Source of the DNA: Octopus bimaculoides
Lineage: Eukaryota
Length of the DNA stretch: 59,908 nucleotides
Assembly: GCF_001194135.2 (NCBI RefSeq)
Contig: NC_068985.1
Coordinates: forward strand, 95,344,992-95,404,899
Reading direction: 5' to 3'
Below the pieces are notes generated by a model. The model did no database searches, was not told where the DNA came from, and worked only from the letters and a program-made list of their open reading frames with translations. This document shows, piece after piece, positions 12,661 to 26,561 of this stretch. Numbering within the stretch: the first letter of the stretch is position 1; every line of letters starts with the position of its first letter. The position numbers and the translations under genes are program-made.

Positions 12661-13770
12661 AATACATATATACGTGAAATATATAGGGTAGAGATTTTTT
12701 AGAAATTTCACTACCAGAGGAATCTAGCCTCTTAACATGTGGTTGGCAAGCCAGATTCTTACCACACAGTCACTCCTTTATCTTTAAGGACACGTGCGTT
12801 TGAAAAGGTTAATCGAGAGCAATCACACAATACAAAGATATAATATTAAAAAAAAGACAATTAAAAAAATTCACCTTTACATTTTCAAACTCTATTAAGT
12901 AATTCTCATGGACTTTCGTATTTATATATATATATATNNNNNNNNNNNNNNNNNNNNNNNNNNNNNNNNNNNNNNNNNNNNNNNNNNNNNNNNNNNNNNN
13001 NNNNNNNNNNNNNNNNNNNNNNNNNNNNNNNNNNNNNNNNNNNNNNNNNNNNNNNNNNNNNNNNNNNNNNNNNNNNNNNNNNNNNNNNNNNNNNNNNNNN
13101 NNNNNNNNNNNNNNNNNNNNNNNNNNNNNNNNNNNNNNNNNNNNNNNNNNNNNNNNNNNNNNNNNNNNNNNNNNNNNNNNNNNNNNNNNNNNNNNNNNNN
13201 NNNNNNNNNNNNNNNNNNNNNNNNNNNNNNNNNNNTGTGTAGGTGAGAAAGTTAGTATGTGAAAGCACGTGGTTGGATGCATAAAAGATAAATAAGAGTG
13301 AAAAACTACAGAAGGCTTGTGTTATATGGTTAAAGTATATATTTAAATAGTTATGTTAGAAAAATGTTAGAAAATTTTGTGTATAGAAACATTGTATTTG
13401 GAGAAATAACCGGTTTCGTATTTTCTTTTCCAATTTCTCTACCTGTATCGTAACACGCCTTCGCTCCGGTGTATAATATGGAGTTCTAGATAGGGGAAGG
13501 TAATCAGGGATTTTTTCCGGTATAAGGGAGATAATCGAAAATGTTGGAGGTGATAGATTTTGATTAATTTAACATGATTTGGTTTAGAAGGAATAGAATT
13601 TGAGGTTCTGCACTATATTTTTTCTCAGTGGGGTAATTAAAGTGCAGAGATAAAATCTATATTAGATTTTACGGAGTAGCCAGCGTGTAAAACCAATTAA
13701 TTTAAAGTATATAATTTTCCCCTTCATATATGAAATACATTATTATATCAAGGGCTATTACTATCTGTGG

Positions 13771-14165
13771 GGAGGCGCAATGACGCAGTGGTTAAGGCAG
13801 CGGACTTGCAGTTGTAGTATCGCCGACCGTGGGTCGTGAGTATTTATTGAGCGAAAACTCTTAAAGTTCCACGAAGCTCCGACAGGGGGTGGTGGCGAAC
13901 CCTGCTGTACTCTTTCAACGCAACTCTCTCTCTCTCTCTCTCTCCCTCTCTCTCTCTCTCACTCTTTCTTCCTGCTTCTGTTGTACCTGTATTTCGAAGG
14001 GTCAGCCTTGTCACACTCTGTGTCACGCTGAATATCCCCGAGAACTACGTTCAGGGTACACGTGTCTGTCGGAGTGCTCAGCCACGTGCACGTTAATTTC
14101 ACGAGCCAGCTGTTTCGTTGACCAGATCAACTGGAACCCTCGTCGTCGTAACCGATGGAGTGCCA
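13771..14165 (+). mobile_element. tRNA-derived SINE family D, full length
   Basis: GGAGGCGCAATGACGCAGTGGTTAAGGCAGCGGACT (A-box head), an internal (CT)n, and a body GTCACGCTGAATATCCCCGAGAACTACGTT...CCTCGTCGTCGTAACCGATGGAGTGCC. There is a second copy at 35515-35748. Confidence 0.85.
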
Positions 14166-15498
14166 CTATCCGCAAAAGCCCCACGCTTTAACGACATAAT
14201 ATTGTATGTGGTCAATGAATTGAACCTGGACACGTTTCACCCGCTAGAAAGATATACGAAGTTAGACGTATTAGGAATAAACGTCTTTTGAACGAATTTT
14301 CGAAAGATATTTTAGCTATATCTTCTACGAATATATATGTATTTGTTTATTCGTATGCTACAATCTATAGCTGCAAATACATGCCAACAGTTATACAAGT
14401 ATACCCAGTTAAACACGCCTACGCCAATCGTACACGCAAACGCATGCACATGGAGGTTGGATATTATATGTCATTCACTCTATTGGCAATCACAAATGAA
14501 TGTACACAAAGGTTTGTGGACAAATGGAAAGGCAGCGCAGGATTCTCTGCCCGTAGAGGCGCTTTTCATTGCCAGTTCTCATAGATTTTTATACACGTCA
14601 CGATTATTCCAGTTTCCAGATTTATGGTTGAAGTGATAATGTAAAGATAGAAATCCCTCAGTCCGCAAAAGGCGTGTATGCTTTCAAATGCAAATATCCC
14701 TGGCACAAACTAAGACAATATGTAGCTGAATTTTACTCGTCTAAAGATTTTAGGTTATCAGAAACATATTTCTGTTCTAAGTAACAATACGATACTTCAT
14801 CAAATTCCTAGTAAAATATTATTGAAGATTGAAACGGCAAAGCATAAAGATATCTATACAATTCAAAGATATAGACTTATATATGCAACGTTTCTGAAGA
14901 GAAACTGTGTCCATTACTCCAATAGGCTTGAAGCTTGTCGCAGTACAATTGCACAATTGATTTTAATACGGTGTGATTGTGTTATTGTTACACGTATTAG
15001 ATGTTTCTAGTGTGGAAATATCCCTGAATGGATGTTTTGAGATAGATACAATCAGGATACATGTAGGTTATGCACATCGGGCTTAATCATTGTAAATACA
15101 CATCACAATTGACCCTCTGATTTCATCCACTATATGGTGAGGTCAGATATGGCATAGTGGCTCGTGAGTATTGCCTTGATCTTCGATATCCCAATATGCT
15201 GAACATACCTTTATTTGCACACACTCATCGCAGTTTTCCACACTTCTTGCAAAAGTAAAAAGGTAATTAAGATCATGCTCATTGCAGTTGCATGAATGGT
15301 ACTGAATTTGTCTTTTAATACATTAGTGAGAAGTTTCGAAATCTTGGCATGCAACCTTATATACGTCACTTGCGACCCGAGAAAGTAAATACAGAAATAC
15401 GATTCAAGAGATTGGTATAAAGGTAATAACAAAAGCACTCCAAACGCAACAGGCGTACATGTTACTTTCATTCTCAATACTGTAACCATCAACAAGAC

Positions 15499-15712
15499 TG
15501 TGAGCTGGCATAATCATTAGCATGCCATACGAAATGCTTAGCGGCATTTCGTCTGTCTTTACATCCTGAGATCAAATTCGGCTGAGGTCGACTTTGCCTT
15601 TGAGCCTCTCGGGGTCGATAAATTAAGTACAAGTAGAGTACTGGGGTCGGTCTAATTGACTGACTCAGCCTCCCCCAAAATTTTGGGCCTTGTGCCCAGA
15701 GTAGAAAATTAA
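15499..15712 (+). mobile_element. SINE family B copy
   Basis: GAAATGCTTAGCGGCATTTCGTCTGTCTTTAC...GAGGTCGACTTTGCC...GGGGTCGATAAATTAAGTAC...CCCCAAAATTTTGGGCCTTGTGCCCAGAGTAGAAAA. Confidence 0.9.
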
Positions 15713-17404
15713 TAATTACCATAAATACAAAAGGCAATTTTTCTCGGAGCCGTCTGCTTAGGTGAACAATCAGTCAGACAATCTGGATTCACTAAATCGC
15801 TTCTGATTCAATCAATCATGTTTCATATTTCCATACCATATCTATAAATTCAGTTTTATACCTACGATAATCATTGCACTTTTTACTTATATACGCTCAA
15901 ATGTTACTCGACAAGATTTTTTCTTTTCGAAAAGAAAAACAAAAAGTAAAAATAAAAAAAATAGAAGTAATCAACCATCTCGCTTTTTTAAAAACAGAAA
16001 CTCCGAGCGGATAATTGAAAACATGTAAGAATTTCATGAGATAAATATAAGATATTATTTTTATTAAACTCCGAGAGTGGACACTTGTATTATTACACAA
16101 TGTAACAAATTCTATTGTTTCTCTCTTTGTTTAGTAAGTGTTATTTCTGATATACGTATATCTAGAAATCAAAGGAAGAGACTACTATTCCCACCAAACT
16201 TTGGTCTTGTGACCTGGAAATCAATGTTTTGCAATTCTAATATTATCCATTACAATTCAGACAGATTCAGCGCAGAGTCGCTGAAGCAGAAATGTCTATA
16301 TAGCAAATATTCTGTTAAATACCACACATTTGCTTGACATTAACCACTTGAGCATGTCTCTTGGTGGTTGACTCTATGGGTATCTCTGATCATGAAAAAA
16401 TAGTAGTAGGGGGATGCATTATAGCCATGTGCTGAGAAGGTTTCTTTCGAGTTCGAATAAATTTAACAAAGGCAAAGCTTGAAGGAAAGATTAGCCATTT
16501 CCGTACATTTTAGAGGTAAAAAGATGGAAATTAAGAATTCTCACTCCAGGACTAATATGGTGTAACAAGGTATTATCTGTAATCCATATATGATGACATT
16601 CAGTATTTCAAAATGACACATAAACGCACACGTATGCAAGAGAAACACAGATATATGGTCTGCTTAACCATACGTGTACTGATGAACAAAAGAATACAGG
16701 TTACTTCACAGTTTTTTCTGTATTTGATTGAGAAACCAGTGGTCTACCGTTGAGTTAAATGTTTTTAAGAGATAAAATTTGAAAAGTTGCATTCCCTCGC
16801 TTTCGGTAAATATGTTACTTATTTTTGGTAGTTTTTTGACTTATTTAGTCCCTCGATAGCGTGAGGTATTAATAGACAGTTAATGCCCTTTATATATATA
16901 TATATATATATACATACATATANNNNNNNNNNNNNNNNNNNNNNNNNNNNNNNNNNNNNNNNNNNNNNNNNNNNNNNNNNNNNNNNNNNNNNNNNNNNNN
17001 NNNNNNNNNNNNNNNNNNNNNNNNNNNNNNNNNNNNNNNNNNNNNNNNNNNNNNNNNNNNNNNNNNNNNNNNNNNNNNNNNNNNNNNNNNNNNNNNNNNN
17101 NNNNNNNNNNNNNNNNNNNNNNNNNNNNNNNNNNNNNNNNNNNNNNNNNNNNNNNNNNNNNNNNNNNNNNNNNNNNNNNNNNNNNNNNNNNNNNNNNNNN
17201 NNNNNNNNNNNNNNNNNNNNNNNNNNNNNNNNNNNNNNNNNNNNNNNNNNNNNNNNNNNNNNNNNNNNNNNNNNNNNNNNNNNNNNNNNNNNNNNNNNNN
17301 NNNNNNNNNNNNNNNNNNNNNNNNNNNNNNNNNNNNNNNNNNNNNNNNNNNNNNNNNNNNNNNNNNNNNNNNNNNNNNNNNNNATGTGTGTGTGTATGTG
17401 TGTG

Positions 17405-17620
17405 TATACGTTTGTGTGTCTATGTGTGTCCCCCCAGCATCGCTAGACAACCGATACTGGTGTGATTACGTTCCCGTAACCTAGCAGTTCGGCAAAAGAG
17501 ACCGATAGAATGCGTCCTAGGCTTACAAAGAATAAGTCCTAGGCTCGATTTACTCGACTAAAGGCGGTGCTCCAGCATGGCCGCAGTCAAATAACTGAAA
17601 CAAGTAAAAGAGTAAAAGGG
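17405..17620 (+). mobile_element. SINE family C 3' tail (head probably lies in the upstream N-gap)
   Basis: GTGTCCCCCCAGCATCGCTAGACAACCGAT...GGCAAAAGAGACCGATAGAA...GGTGCTCCAGCATGGCCGCAGTCAAATAACTGAAACAAGTAAAAGAGTAAAA is the reverse complement of 12243-12450. Confidence 0.9.
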
Positions 17621-18158
17621 TATATAATCTATATAGTAAATTTTTGTGTCTCTATGTCATTTGGTATGTTTTGCTTTGTAATGTTATGATCAACATCCTT
17701 TGTGGAAACATTGACTTAATAATTTGTCTTCGATTAAAGTGGCTTAACTCGCATCCTGCAAACCAATGATGAATGTTGATCCATTATTGACGATATAATT
17801 CAAGCATCATAAATAAAATATTCCTAGCATCTATAAGTTTCATATATACAGATCTGTATATGGTTATTCATAAACAGATATCGAACGTTTAAATCTAATA
17901 ATTTCGGTAAAATCATTACTTAATTAGAGTCTAATTCATAAGTGCTGACAGTCTTATACATTTGTTACCAAATTTGAATTCTACATCTTGATTATCTGTC
18001 CGGTGATGAGTCCACCATTTCGATTTCATATTAATAACAAAAAAAATTAAGAATGAAATGAAGAACTAAAATGAAATCCTAAACGTATGTTGATGTCTAA
18101 ATACTTTTTCTTTGACAGTGTAAAAATCATGTTATATTCCCGAAAATCCATGCTATGA

Positions 18159-18371
18159 AAGGCTGGGAGAAATGTTACGATACTGGGCGAAATGCCTAGC
18201 AGTATTTCGTCTGTCTTTACGTTCTGGGTTCAAATTCCGCCCAATTCTACTTTGCCTTTCATCCTTTCGCAGTCGATGAATTAAGTACCAGTTACGTACT
18301 GTGGTCGATCTAAACGACTGGTCCCGTCTCCATAAATTGCGGGCGTTGTGCTTAGAGTAGAAAAGAATATT
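18159..18371 (+). mobile_element. SINE family B copy
   Basis: GGGCGAAATGCCTAGCAGTATTTCGTCTGTCTTTACGTTCTGGGTTCAAATTCCGCC...TTTGCCTTTCATCCTTTCG...TTAAGTACCAG...AGAGTAGAAAAGAATATT. Confidence 0.9.
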
Positions 18372-19448
18372 CACGCTAAATATGCTATTTTTTGGCTCAG
18401 ATAACTATGCATGATATCATACACTGAATACGGGTGCTAAAACAATTTTCCCTGTTTTCTGGCAAAATTGTCTGTTTCGTTCATCTCTTCTTTTTATATT
18501 CTCTTCCTTTCATAAAACTGATAAAATGAAATTATACTATCTTCTATTGCTAAACAACATATATGGACCTTGCGTATTGTGTACAATTGAATATTATCAG
18601 GAAAAAATAGCTTCCCGTGATATGAATTATAGAACTTCGAATATAATTGACATATGTGATAACTTAGAGAAAGAGTTAGCTTTGCATATTAAATCATTTT
18701 CGAAATATATTTCTGTAGTCCAATATTCGTAAAAAGTTTAGAAATTTGAAAGCCAAATATACTTCACTTATGTGATGTAACAGATCTCAAATTTCATTGC
18801 AGAATTCAATAAGCATAATAACACATTTTACTTTACTCGCTTTATTTTCCTCTTCATACGTATATGTACATATACACGCATCTGTATATACATACATACA
18901 TACATACATATCAGTGAGATTGTTCGCGTGTGTGTATGATTACATGAGCGTGTATATTTTTATTCTTTTTCACAATGAATTTACAACTAGAATATTATAT
19001 TTCTTTACAACAGCTAGCGTATGCGAAGCATTAAAAAAATGTCTTAAATGAAAATTGAAATGTAATCAATCTCTACTCTGACATAAATGACTTATGAAGA
19101 TATTAATTAAATTACTGAAAGGTAGGCAATATGCATAATATTCACTCTTACTTCCTCTGCGTCTCTACTTTATTTGCAATGTAAATTTTTATGATGTTTT
19201 TTTCATTCAAATCCTGCATGTCAGTCATATAACCTTAACTTCGTACAGTCACGGTGGAAAACAAGCACAGATCTTTCATAAAAAGATAAACACACACTCA
19301 TATATTTATGTGTATTCGTGTGTGTATATGCGTATGTATATATACATACTGGCAGCCATAACTATATATTTACATATATACACACATACTCACACACATA
19401 TACATATATATCGACACAAACATACACATATATACACATGTGTATGTA

Positions 19449-19508
<60 letters not shown>

Positions 19509-20044
19509 GGGAAAAATTTTTAAGGTATCATTCAATTAAGACGAATCTCCGTTGGGAGAAGTTCACAGGCATGTGAATTGATTCTAACTTGGCTTAACGA
19601 AATCTCTGGCGATTATATGCAGCTGCGTAAAGCCCTTTCAATTTGGTAAATTAAACCTTCTTTATTATGACTTCCCATTAACTGGAGAGCCTAATTTTGC
19701 AGATACTGAACAATGAAAGAAAATGCTTTATTGTGGATTGGGTGAATGCAGAAAAAAATTTCGTTGTTCTATGGAGAATTTTCAGTTATGCAGATTAGCG
19801 TTATACAGTAATTCAAATAAATACATCGCGCACAAAAGAAGAGTAAAGAAAATTATTATAGAAACACTGGAGGAATTACAAACATATTAAAGAGAACTCT
19901 CGGGTACCAAATAATCCAAAGAAACAGAAACTAAATATTGTCAGTGAAAGAAAAAGCACTCCGGTATCAGAAGAACGTTGTCGAAAAAGAACTAGGAAAG
20001 AAATACGACTGAAAGCAACTAGATGTATGACTAAAAGCCCACAT

Positions 20045-21330
20045 AGAAGCATTTCTTTCAACTCTCCTATTACTGTCTCAAATCCTTTCTCTTTGACTAG
20101 ATATCTTTTTCTCAAGGGAAGATTTGCATCTTGTGTTTCTTAACTTGTTCAGTTTCTAGGCTTCGATTCTACTCTGACCTTGTCTTAAAGTCTTCACTTT
20201 ATTTTGTAATCTCCTTTCCCACATTTGCTCTGTTTAAATCTTTCCTTGTGAGATATCTAATCTTCTGGTGACTACCGCCCCTCCAACATAGACGAATGTC
20301 GCTGCTGCTAGTTGTCCCTCCAATATTGGTAGCGTTATTGTTAATTTTCCTTAAGGTTTTTCTTTGGTTTCAGCTGTATCTCTTATGTTGTTGTTTGTCT
20401 TTCCTACTGACTGGTCTTTCGTTTCAAGTTCTCTTGAAATCTCTACTACCTCTAATTCTGTCATCCACTTCTCGTAATAGTATTAGCGTGATCTACTAAT
20501 CTCTACTCAGTCACTTTAAACATACTTTTCTCTTCCCAAAGTATAACACCCGTTTTTTACATCCCCTCATTTTAAGTTCACTTTCTAAGTAGTAGTGCAT
20601 CACTATACTTTTTTCTTCGTTGGCCCACTATCTCCTCCCTTCTCTATTATCTGCCGATGCTATATTAGGATAACTGTTACAGTCAGTCTGCATCTTTACT
20701 GAACCGGTGCCGAGCGAGAGGCCTTCCTTTAAAAGTCCGGTTTCATCTTCACTGTTACAACCAGAGTTCTTCGGAAACTCCTGTCTGTTATACACTGTGG
20801 CTAGGGAACATTCGTCACCAACGTAATTACCGCTATTATTTTTCGACATCTGATAATTTCAAGCAATTTTCTATTGCATTCTTTACATATTTGTGCTAGT
20901 GGTGTGGTGTGTGTTGCATTTGTCGATGGGGGTGGGGGATATTGTATTGTATCAGTATATTTCGTTAAGGGGTTTGGTTTGAATCTTCTGTTATATTAGT
21001 TGTTTCATTGTGTGTTGCTTGTGCAACGCGGGTTGTGTTCGTCTGTCGGGTACCGGTCTTCTAATGTATATGTTGCGGGCTTTGTTCATTTTGTTGTGTA
21101 TTTACAGTATGAGTTTCGTCCTGTGTTTTTCTAGAAGAGTCTGTGTAAATCATCAATCAACTATTTCATTGCATTTATGGTTATCTGTCCACCTTTCTTA
21201 CACTTTTGGTTGGTTTTGTTATGGGTTCCTTTTCAACGCGTTTACTTTTTAAAAACCTCTCTGGCTAATCGTTGAGAGGACGTTGATGTTGCCTTAGCAA
21301 AGGTTTGCACTCTCTGAGTGCTCTTGTTAA
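20045..21330 (-). mobile_element. 5' portion of a decayed R4/Dong-like non-LTR retrotransposon (putative 5' UTR plus N-terminal ORF)
   Basis: ATG at 20849 (MSKNNSG...ADNREGRR) continues in frame past one stop into WANEEKSIVMHYYLESELKMRG, then FKVTE*RLVDHANTI, WERRLQNKVKTLR and KRYLVKEKGFETVIGELKE, resembling R4-clade N-terminal regions. It abuts a long (TAA)n. Whether 20850-21330 is its UTR or a separate element is uncertain. Confidence 0.7.
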
Positions 21331-21331
<1 letters not shown>

Positions 21332-21399
<68 letters not shown>

Positions 21400-21400
21400 C
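21332..21400. repeat. (ATT)n/(TAA)n microsatellite
   Basis: About 22 perfect units, read directly. Confidence 0.95.
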
Positions 21401-24400
21401 ATCATCACTATTGTTATTATTTTTATCATCTTCATCGTCATTAGTAGTAGTAGCAGTAGCAGTATTTAAATTTAGTTAATATCTATATTCATGCAGTATA
21501 GAGTACACTTCATTACTGCCCATGGAGATATTAAAACAAGACGGTCTTCATCCTTTTGCTCAAATACGATGATCTTCCTTATAATTCCTTCAACGTAAAA
21601 TCCCATCAAAGTAATAGAAATCATCTCAATATACTACTTAGTCATTGATTATTTTTACCGCGGGAAATAAAGTCAACTTTGCTGTAATACAAAGTTTGAC
21701 ATCAAACCGTAAATGCACTTTCAAATATATTTTCTAGGATGCTCAAACAATTTTGAGCAAACGTAGAATAAATGCTGAAATTAACTGTGCTGTATTTTAA
21801 TTGATCACATAATATTCTGATATCAAATTTCTGTTGTTTTCAAATAATTTACACTTAGCTGTGAATTATCAAAATTGGTTCGTATGATGTCCAACAGAGC
21901 TTTAAATCGTCATCTTATTGATCTGCAACGCTGCTGTGTAACTGAGTAATTACAAGTACTATCGGCTCACTTCCCCTAACACAATCTCTATGACGTATAC
22001 GTGTGTGAACATATGAGAAATATTCAGGCGATTGCTGCATAACTAAGCATATGTACATGTAGGTACACATACTGTGGGCCTATCTTTGTCGCAAAGTTAA
22101 GAAGCAATGATATCGGTAAAGAATTGTTTCCATCTTTTGTGTTCATAGATGCATATTATCAAGTGATTCTATACATGATGATTATGATACAATAGATATA
22201 TCATTTTAATTTTCTCTGAAAGTATAAAAGTGCATATTTTTTGGGGCGTATACATACATGGGCGTTTAAATAGTGAGCGAGTGAGTCTCCAACGTACAAC
22301 TGTTTATGCTTCATTTATATTTGAATGTGTAATGTAACATGTGTTACATGTATAAAATAAATAATATTATATTGATAGAGCAAAATTATTAATGACACCA
22401 ATAAAAATATTATAAGCAATGCGTACGATTAATAAAATAGACGATTACGGCCAGTAAATATATACATATACATACATGTATACATACATATAGGTATATG
22501 TATATATGTACATACATATGTGTATGTATATATATATTTAGTTATAAACATATGCATTATATATATATATATATATATATNNNNNNNNNNNNNNNNNNNN
22601 NNNNNNTAAATGCACATACATAAGCTCACACATATACAACGTGGAAAATAAATACGTACTTACCGAGGATTGTAGCATATATGAATATTTCTTTATGGGT
22701 AGCATAATTTTATTCCCTGCAAATAAAATTATATCATTTCATTATATGTATATTGCTGCATAAGCTCTTTAATAAGAATTTTATACGTTATATTTCCTTT
22801 TAAATAAATCGATTTCAACTTTTCTTCCATAAAATATTGCTTTTCATTTTTCTCATTTAGTCTTGATATTATAGGAAAAAAAATACTCTTCATGAAAACA
22901 TTGCTGTTTTCACGAAAATCATTCTCCCCACCCGCCGACCTCCTTTCCTTTGCAATCTTATGGAATCGTTGTTTGTTTAATTTTGTTTATTTCGTTTTAT
23001 ATTTCCCGTCACCTGTTCGTTAACACACTTCAGATATAATCTAATGTATGGAGTTATAGAAATGCTTTTGACGTTTACAAGCTATATTAATCCATTATAT
23101 GTGTTTCAATAAATATACGTCATACTCAACATGAAACCAAAATCTGAAAAAAAAAGTGGACATATTCAAATAATGTTTTCTTCTCAATTGACTCACCACA
23201 TGGAAAAAAGAGACACGATTTCATATCGCAACATGGAAGTTTTCAGTATTTATTTGTCGATGTATACACATGAGTGATTGCAAATTAACTTGAAATATAA
23301 ATGATAATCATGCGTATAATTAGATAAATTAAAGGTCAAATACGAAAATCAAATAAAAATAAAACAAATAATCATGAAAACAAAAAACGTATGACTGCAC
23401 AAATAATGAACTAAAACAAGGCTTATATCTATTTCTTTTTTTCTTGAAAATCGTTCATTAAATTCTTTCTTCTGGCCCTTTTTGTTGGTTTTTATGAAGC
23501 CATTATTCACGCTATTTTTCTGGCCTTTTACTATTTATGTAACTGAATATATTTCTCCTTATAATGACATCACGAAATATAATTATTACACCCTAATATA
23601 TACTATCTAGCATATACTAATGAAGTACTGCATAGTGTTTGCCATCGCAACAAATTGTAACGACTTTATCTGTCACTGATTATACTGCAGCAGTTCGTTT
23701 CTAGTTTAAAATCATTGAAAATGAATTGAAATCATTTACAAAATATTTCAATATCTGAATGTAACATCTCTACCTGAGAAAACAATTGATGAGAAAACAA
23801 TTGATTGTTACAAAATTGATTTTAACAATGGCCAGTTGATATTGTTAGCGGATTGCAAAAGTGCTTTTAAAATACTAATTTCTTTAGAATTATAATTTTG
23901 ATAAGAAGATACATAACTACCTCGAGTGTTGTATATTAGATTAATATCATCGCCAAGTTCGGTACTATGATATTCTTTGTATTTTGTTAATCGATATACC
24001 TGATTATCCACTTTATTAAGAAGGTATAAAGCTCCCAGAAGCCTTGATGTTATTTATATATAATTTACAAAGTGATCTGCGTTCTTAAAAATGAAATAAT
24101 CTCTCAGCAAGTAATAACTGCATCCATACACAGTGCTGTTTGCAACAGCAACGTAATTCTGCAGTCTGAGTATCAGAGGCAATAACTATGCCCAAAGCAA
24201 TAATATTTAGTTTGTGTTAGCATCAGAAGAGTATCGTAGAGCTATTATTATGACCTGTAATAAGAGACAACTTGAACACAGAAGATTCGGAAAATACTTA
24301 ATGTTGTATGCTTTAAGAAATTCGTGCGGAACATTTCCAGTTATTTACCACTCTCTCTGCACTAGACCAGACAGGTGGATTCATTTCGCATATATGCTCT

Positions 24401-26123
24401 CCATATATATATATATATTACATCAGTATACAGTACTATTATTCAGTAGTGATTATTATATTAGGAATTATTCATTGCATTTATAGTGATGTCGAAGCAT
24501 AATTCATAAACAATGGAAACTCTATTTTATGACTCAACAATAAAGCTATATTTCTTTACTGATTGAATACTTAAAACAGGATGAAGGCACATCAATGCTG
24601 GAATAAAGACTAATGGCTCTGCTTGCACTATTTAAAAAAAATATATTGACACTCTTTGTAACTAGTCCTAAAGAATGACGAAAAATTTAGAAATTCTACA
24701 ACTGCAAGTACTTTCAACTGATTCCGAACTAGTGACTATTCGGTAGTAATATCACAGATCAAAAGCTAATTCCAGTTGAAAAAATATAACCGACTGTCTG
24801 TCGTTTTCCATTACCAGAAAAAAAACTACATTCTCAAATTCATATATTCTCAAATTCATATAGTTTTCCCTCTCTACGTAACGTATATTTACTCAATATC
24901 TTCTTATTTAAAGAGCCTCATCAGTATTCTGTATTTAATTCATATAATATCAAACTATTCATCCAGATTTCAGAAGCTGAAACGTATTCTTTATAGTAAA
25001 TGACAGACAAGCATAAAATGATAATGCAGACAATTTATGGTGCGTGTCATATATCACAAAATTTTGCTTTGTTCGCTTTCGTTATCTATGCAACATTATT
25101 TCGAAATATAATTCCGAATGATTTACTAAAACGTCGCTATCACTTGGAGAGAAAGATTGTACTAGCCATCGATAGAAAAATGCTTATGGTTTATAGATCG
25201 ATTTCCTATAGCAACATTCAATAATTACCTGATAGCCATTGACATCAATGTTAAACGTTATTGAATAAACACAGAGCAGCTGAAAACTATGTTCTACTTT
25301 ACTTACAATCAATATAAAGTAGTTCACGATCAATCAAATAATGAATCTAATTCTGTCTAACCTCATGAAACCAATGATGGAAAATATTAATTTACTATAG
25401 ACCTAACACAATCGTTCTATTTACTTTTATGTGTCTCTATTAATCTTCTCTAGGAAAGAAGTGGTGTTAGCTGTAAGGGGAAAACTTGTTTAAATATGCT
25501 TCATATCAATTTGCATTGGAATTATGAAAAAAGTAATACCGAAAATATCAGACACTAATAACTCAATGGAAATATTTGAAGAATTAGGACACAATTATTG
25601 ATGAATTATTGTCATCTAATATTGCTAAATTGCAATTATAAAATGCAGCAATAATGATCTTAATAGATTTAGAATGTCTTTTTTTGTTTTTATTTCCTGC
25701 TTCTACTTATTGTGGTAGGCCAAGTCCTATCTAGAAGATAATAAACAAGACATTTCTCTATAAGCATAAGCTGATTAATAATCAATTCTGTAATGAATAA
25801 TTCAAGGAATTTATTTAGTGTAATGTCTTATAAAAACTTTTGCGTTTATCTTACCAACAAAAGCATCACTGCTTGACCTTACGATGATACGTCCAAACTA
25901 TTGAGTATTCACACAATCATTTAGAGGGAAAATGTATATGCATACAAACATACATACATACATACATACATACATAAGCACACACACATATATGGGGAGA
26001 TACAGGAGAGGAGAGAGAGCGAAGTGGCGAGACAGGCATATATCTGGAAAGTGTGAAACACTGCAAAATTTGATGTAATATGTGCGTGTATATGTTTGTC
26101 CGTGTATGCATGTTTATATATGA

Positions 26124-26158
<35 letters not shown>

Positions 26159-26519
26159 NNNNNNNNNNNNNNNNNNNNNNNNNNNNNNNNNNNNNNNNNN
26201 NNNNNNNNNNNNNNNNNNNNNNNNNNNNNNNNNNNNNNNNNNNNNNNNNNNNNNNNNNNNNNNNNNNNNNNNNNNNNNNNNNNNNNNNNNNNNNNNNNNN
26301 NNNNNNNNNNNNNNNNNNNNNNNNNNNNNNNNNNNNNNNNNNNNNNNNNNNNNNNNNNNNNNNNNNNNNNNNNNNNNNNNNNNNNNNNNNNNNNNNNNNN
26401 NNNNNNNNNNNNNNNNNNNNNNNNNNNNNNNNNNNNNNNNNNNNNNNNNNNNNNNNNNNNNNNNNNNNNNNNNNNNNNNNNNNNNNNNNNNNNNNNNNNN
26501 NNNNNNNNNNNNNNNNNNN

Positions 26520-26561
<42 letters not shown>

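Noticed and set aside
15211-15495. Hydrophobic minus-strand ORF (94 aa), superficially membrane-protein-like
   Set aside because: No recognisable motif or splice signals, and hydrophobic bias is expected from T-rich DNA.
21105-21165. TTGATGA...GACGAAAC on the minus strand within the R4-like upstream region
   Set aside because: The core lacks C3 and there is no pairing stem II, so it is not a supportable ribozyme.
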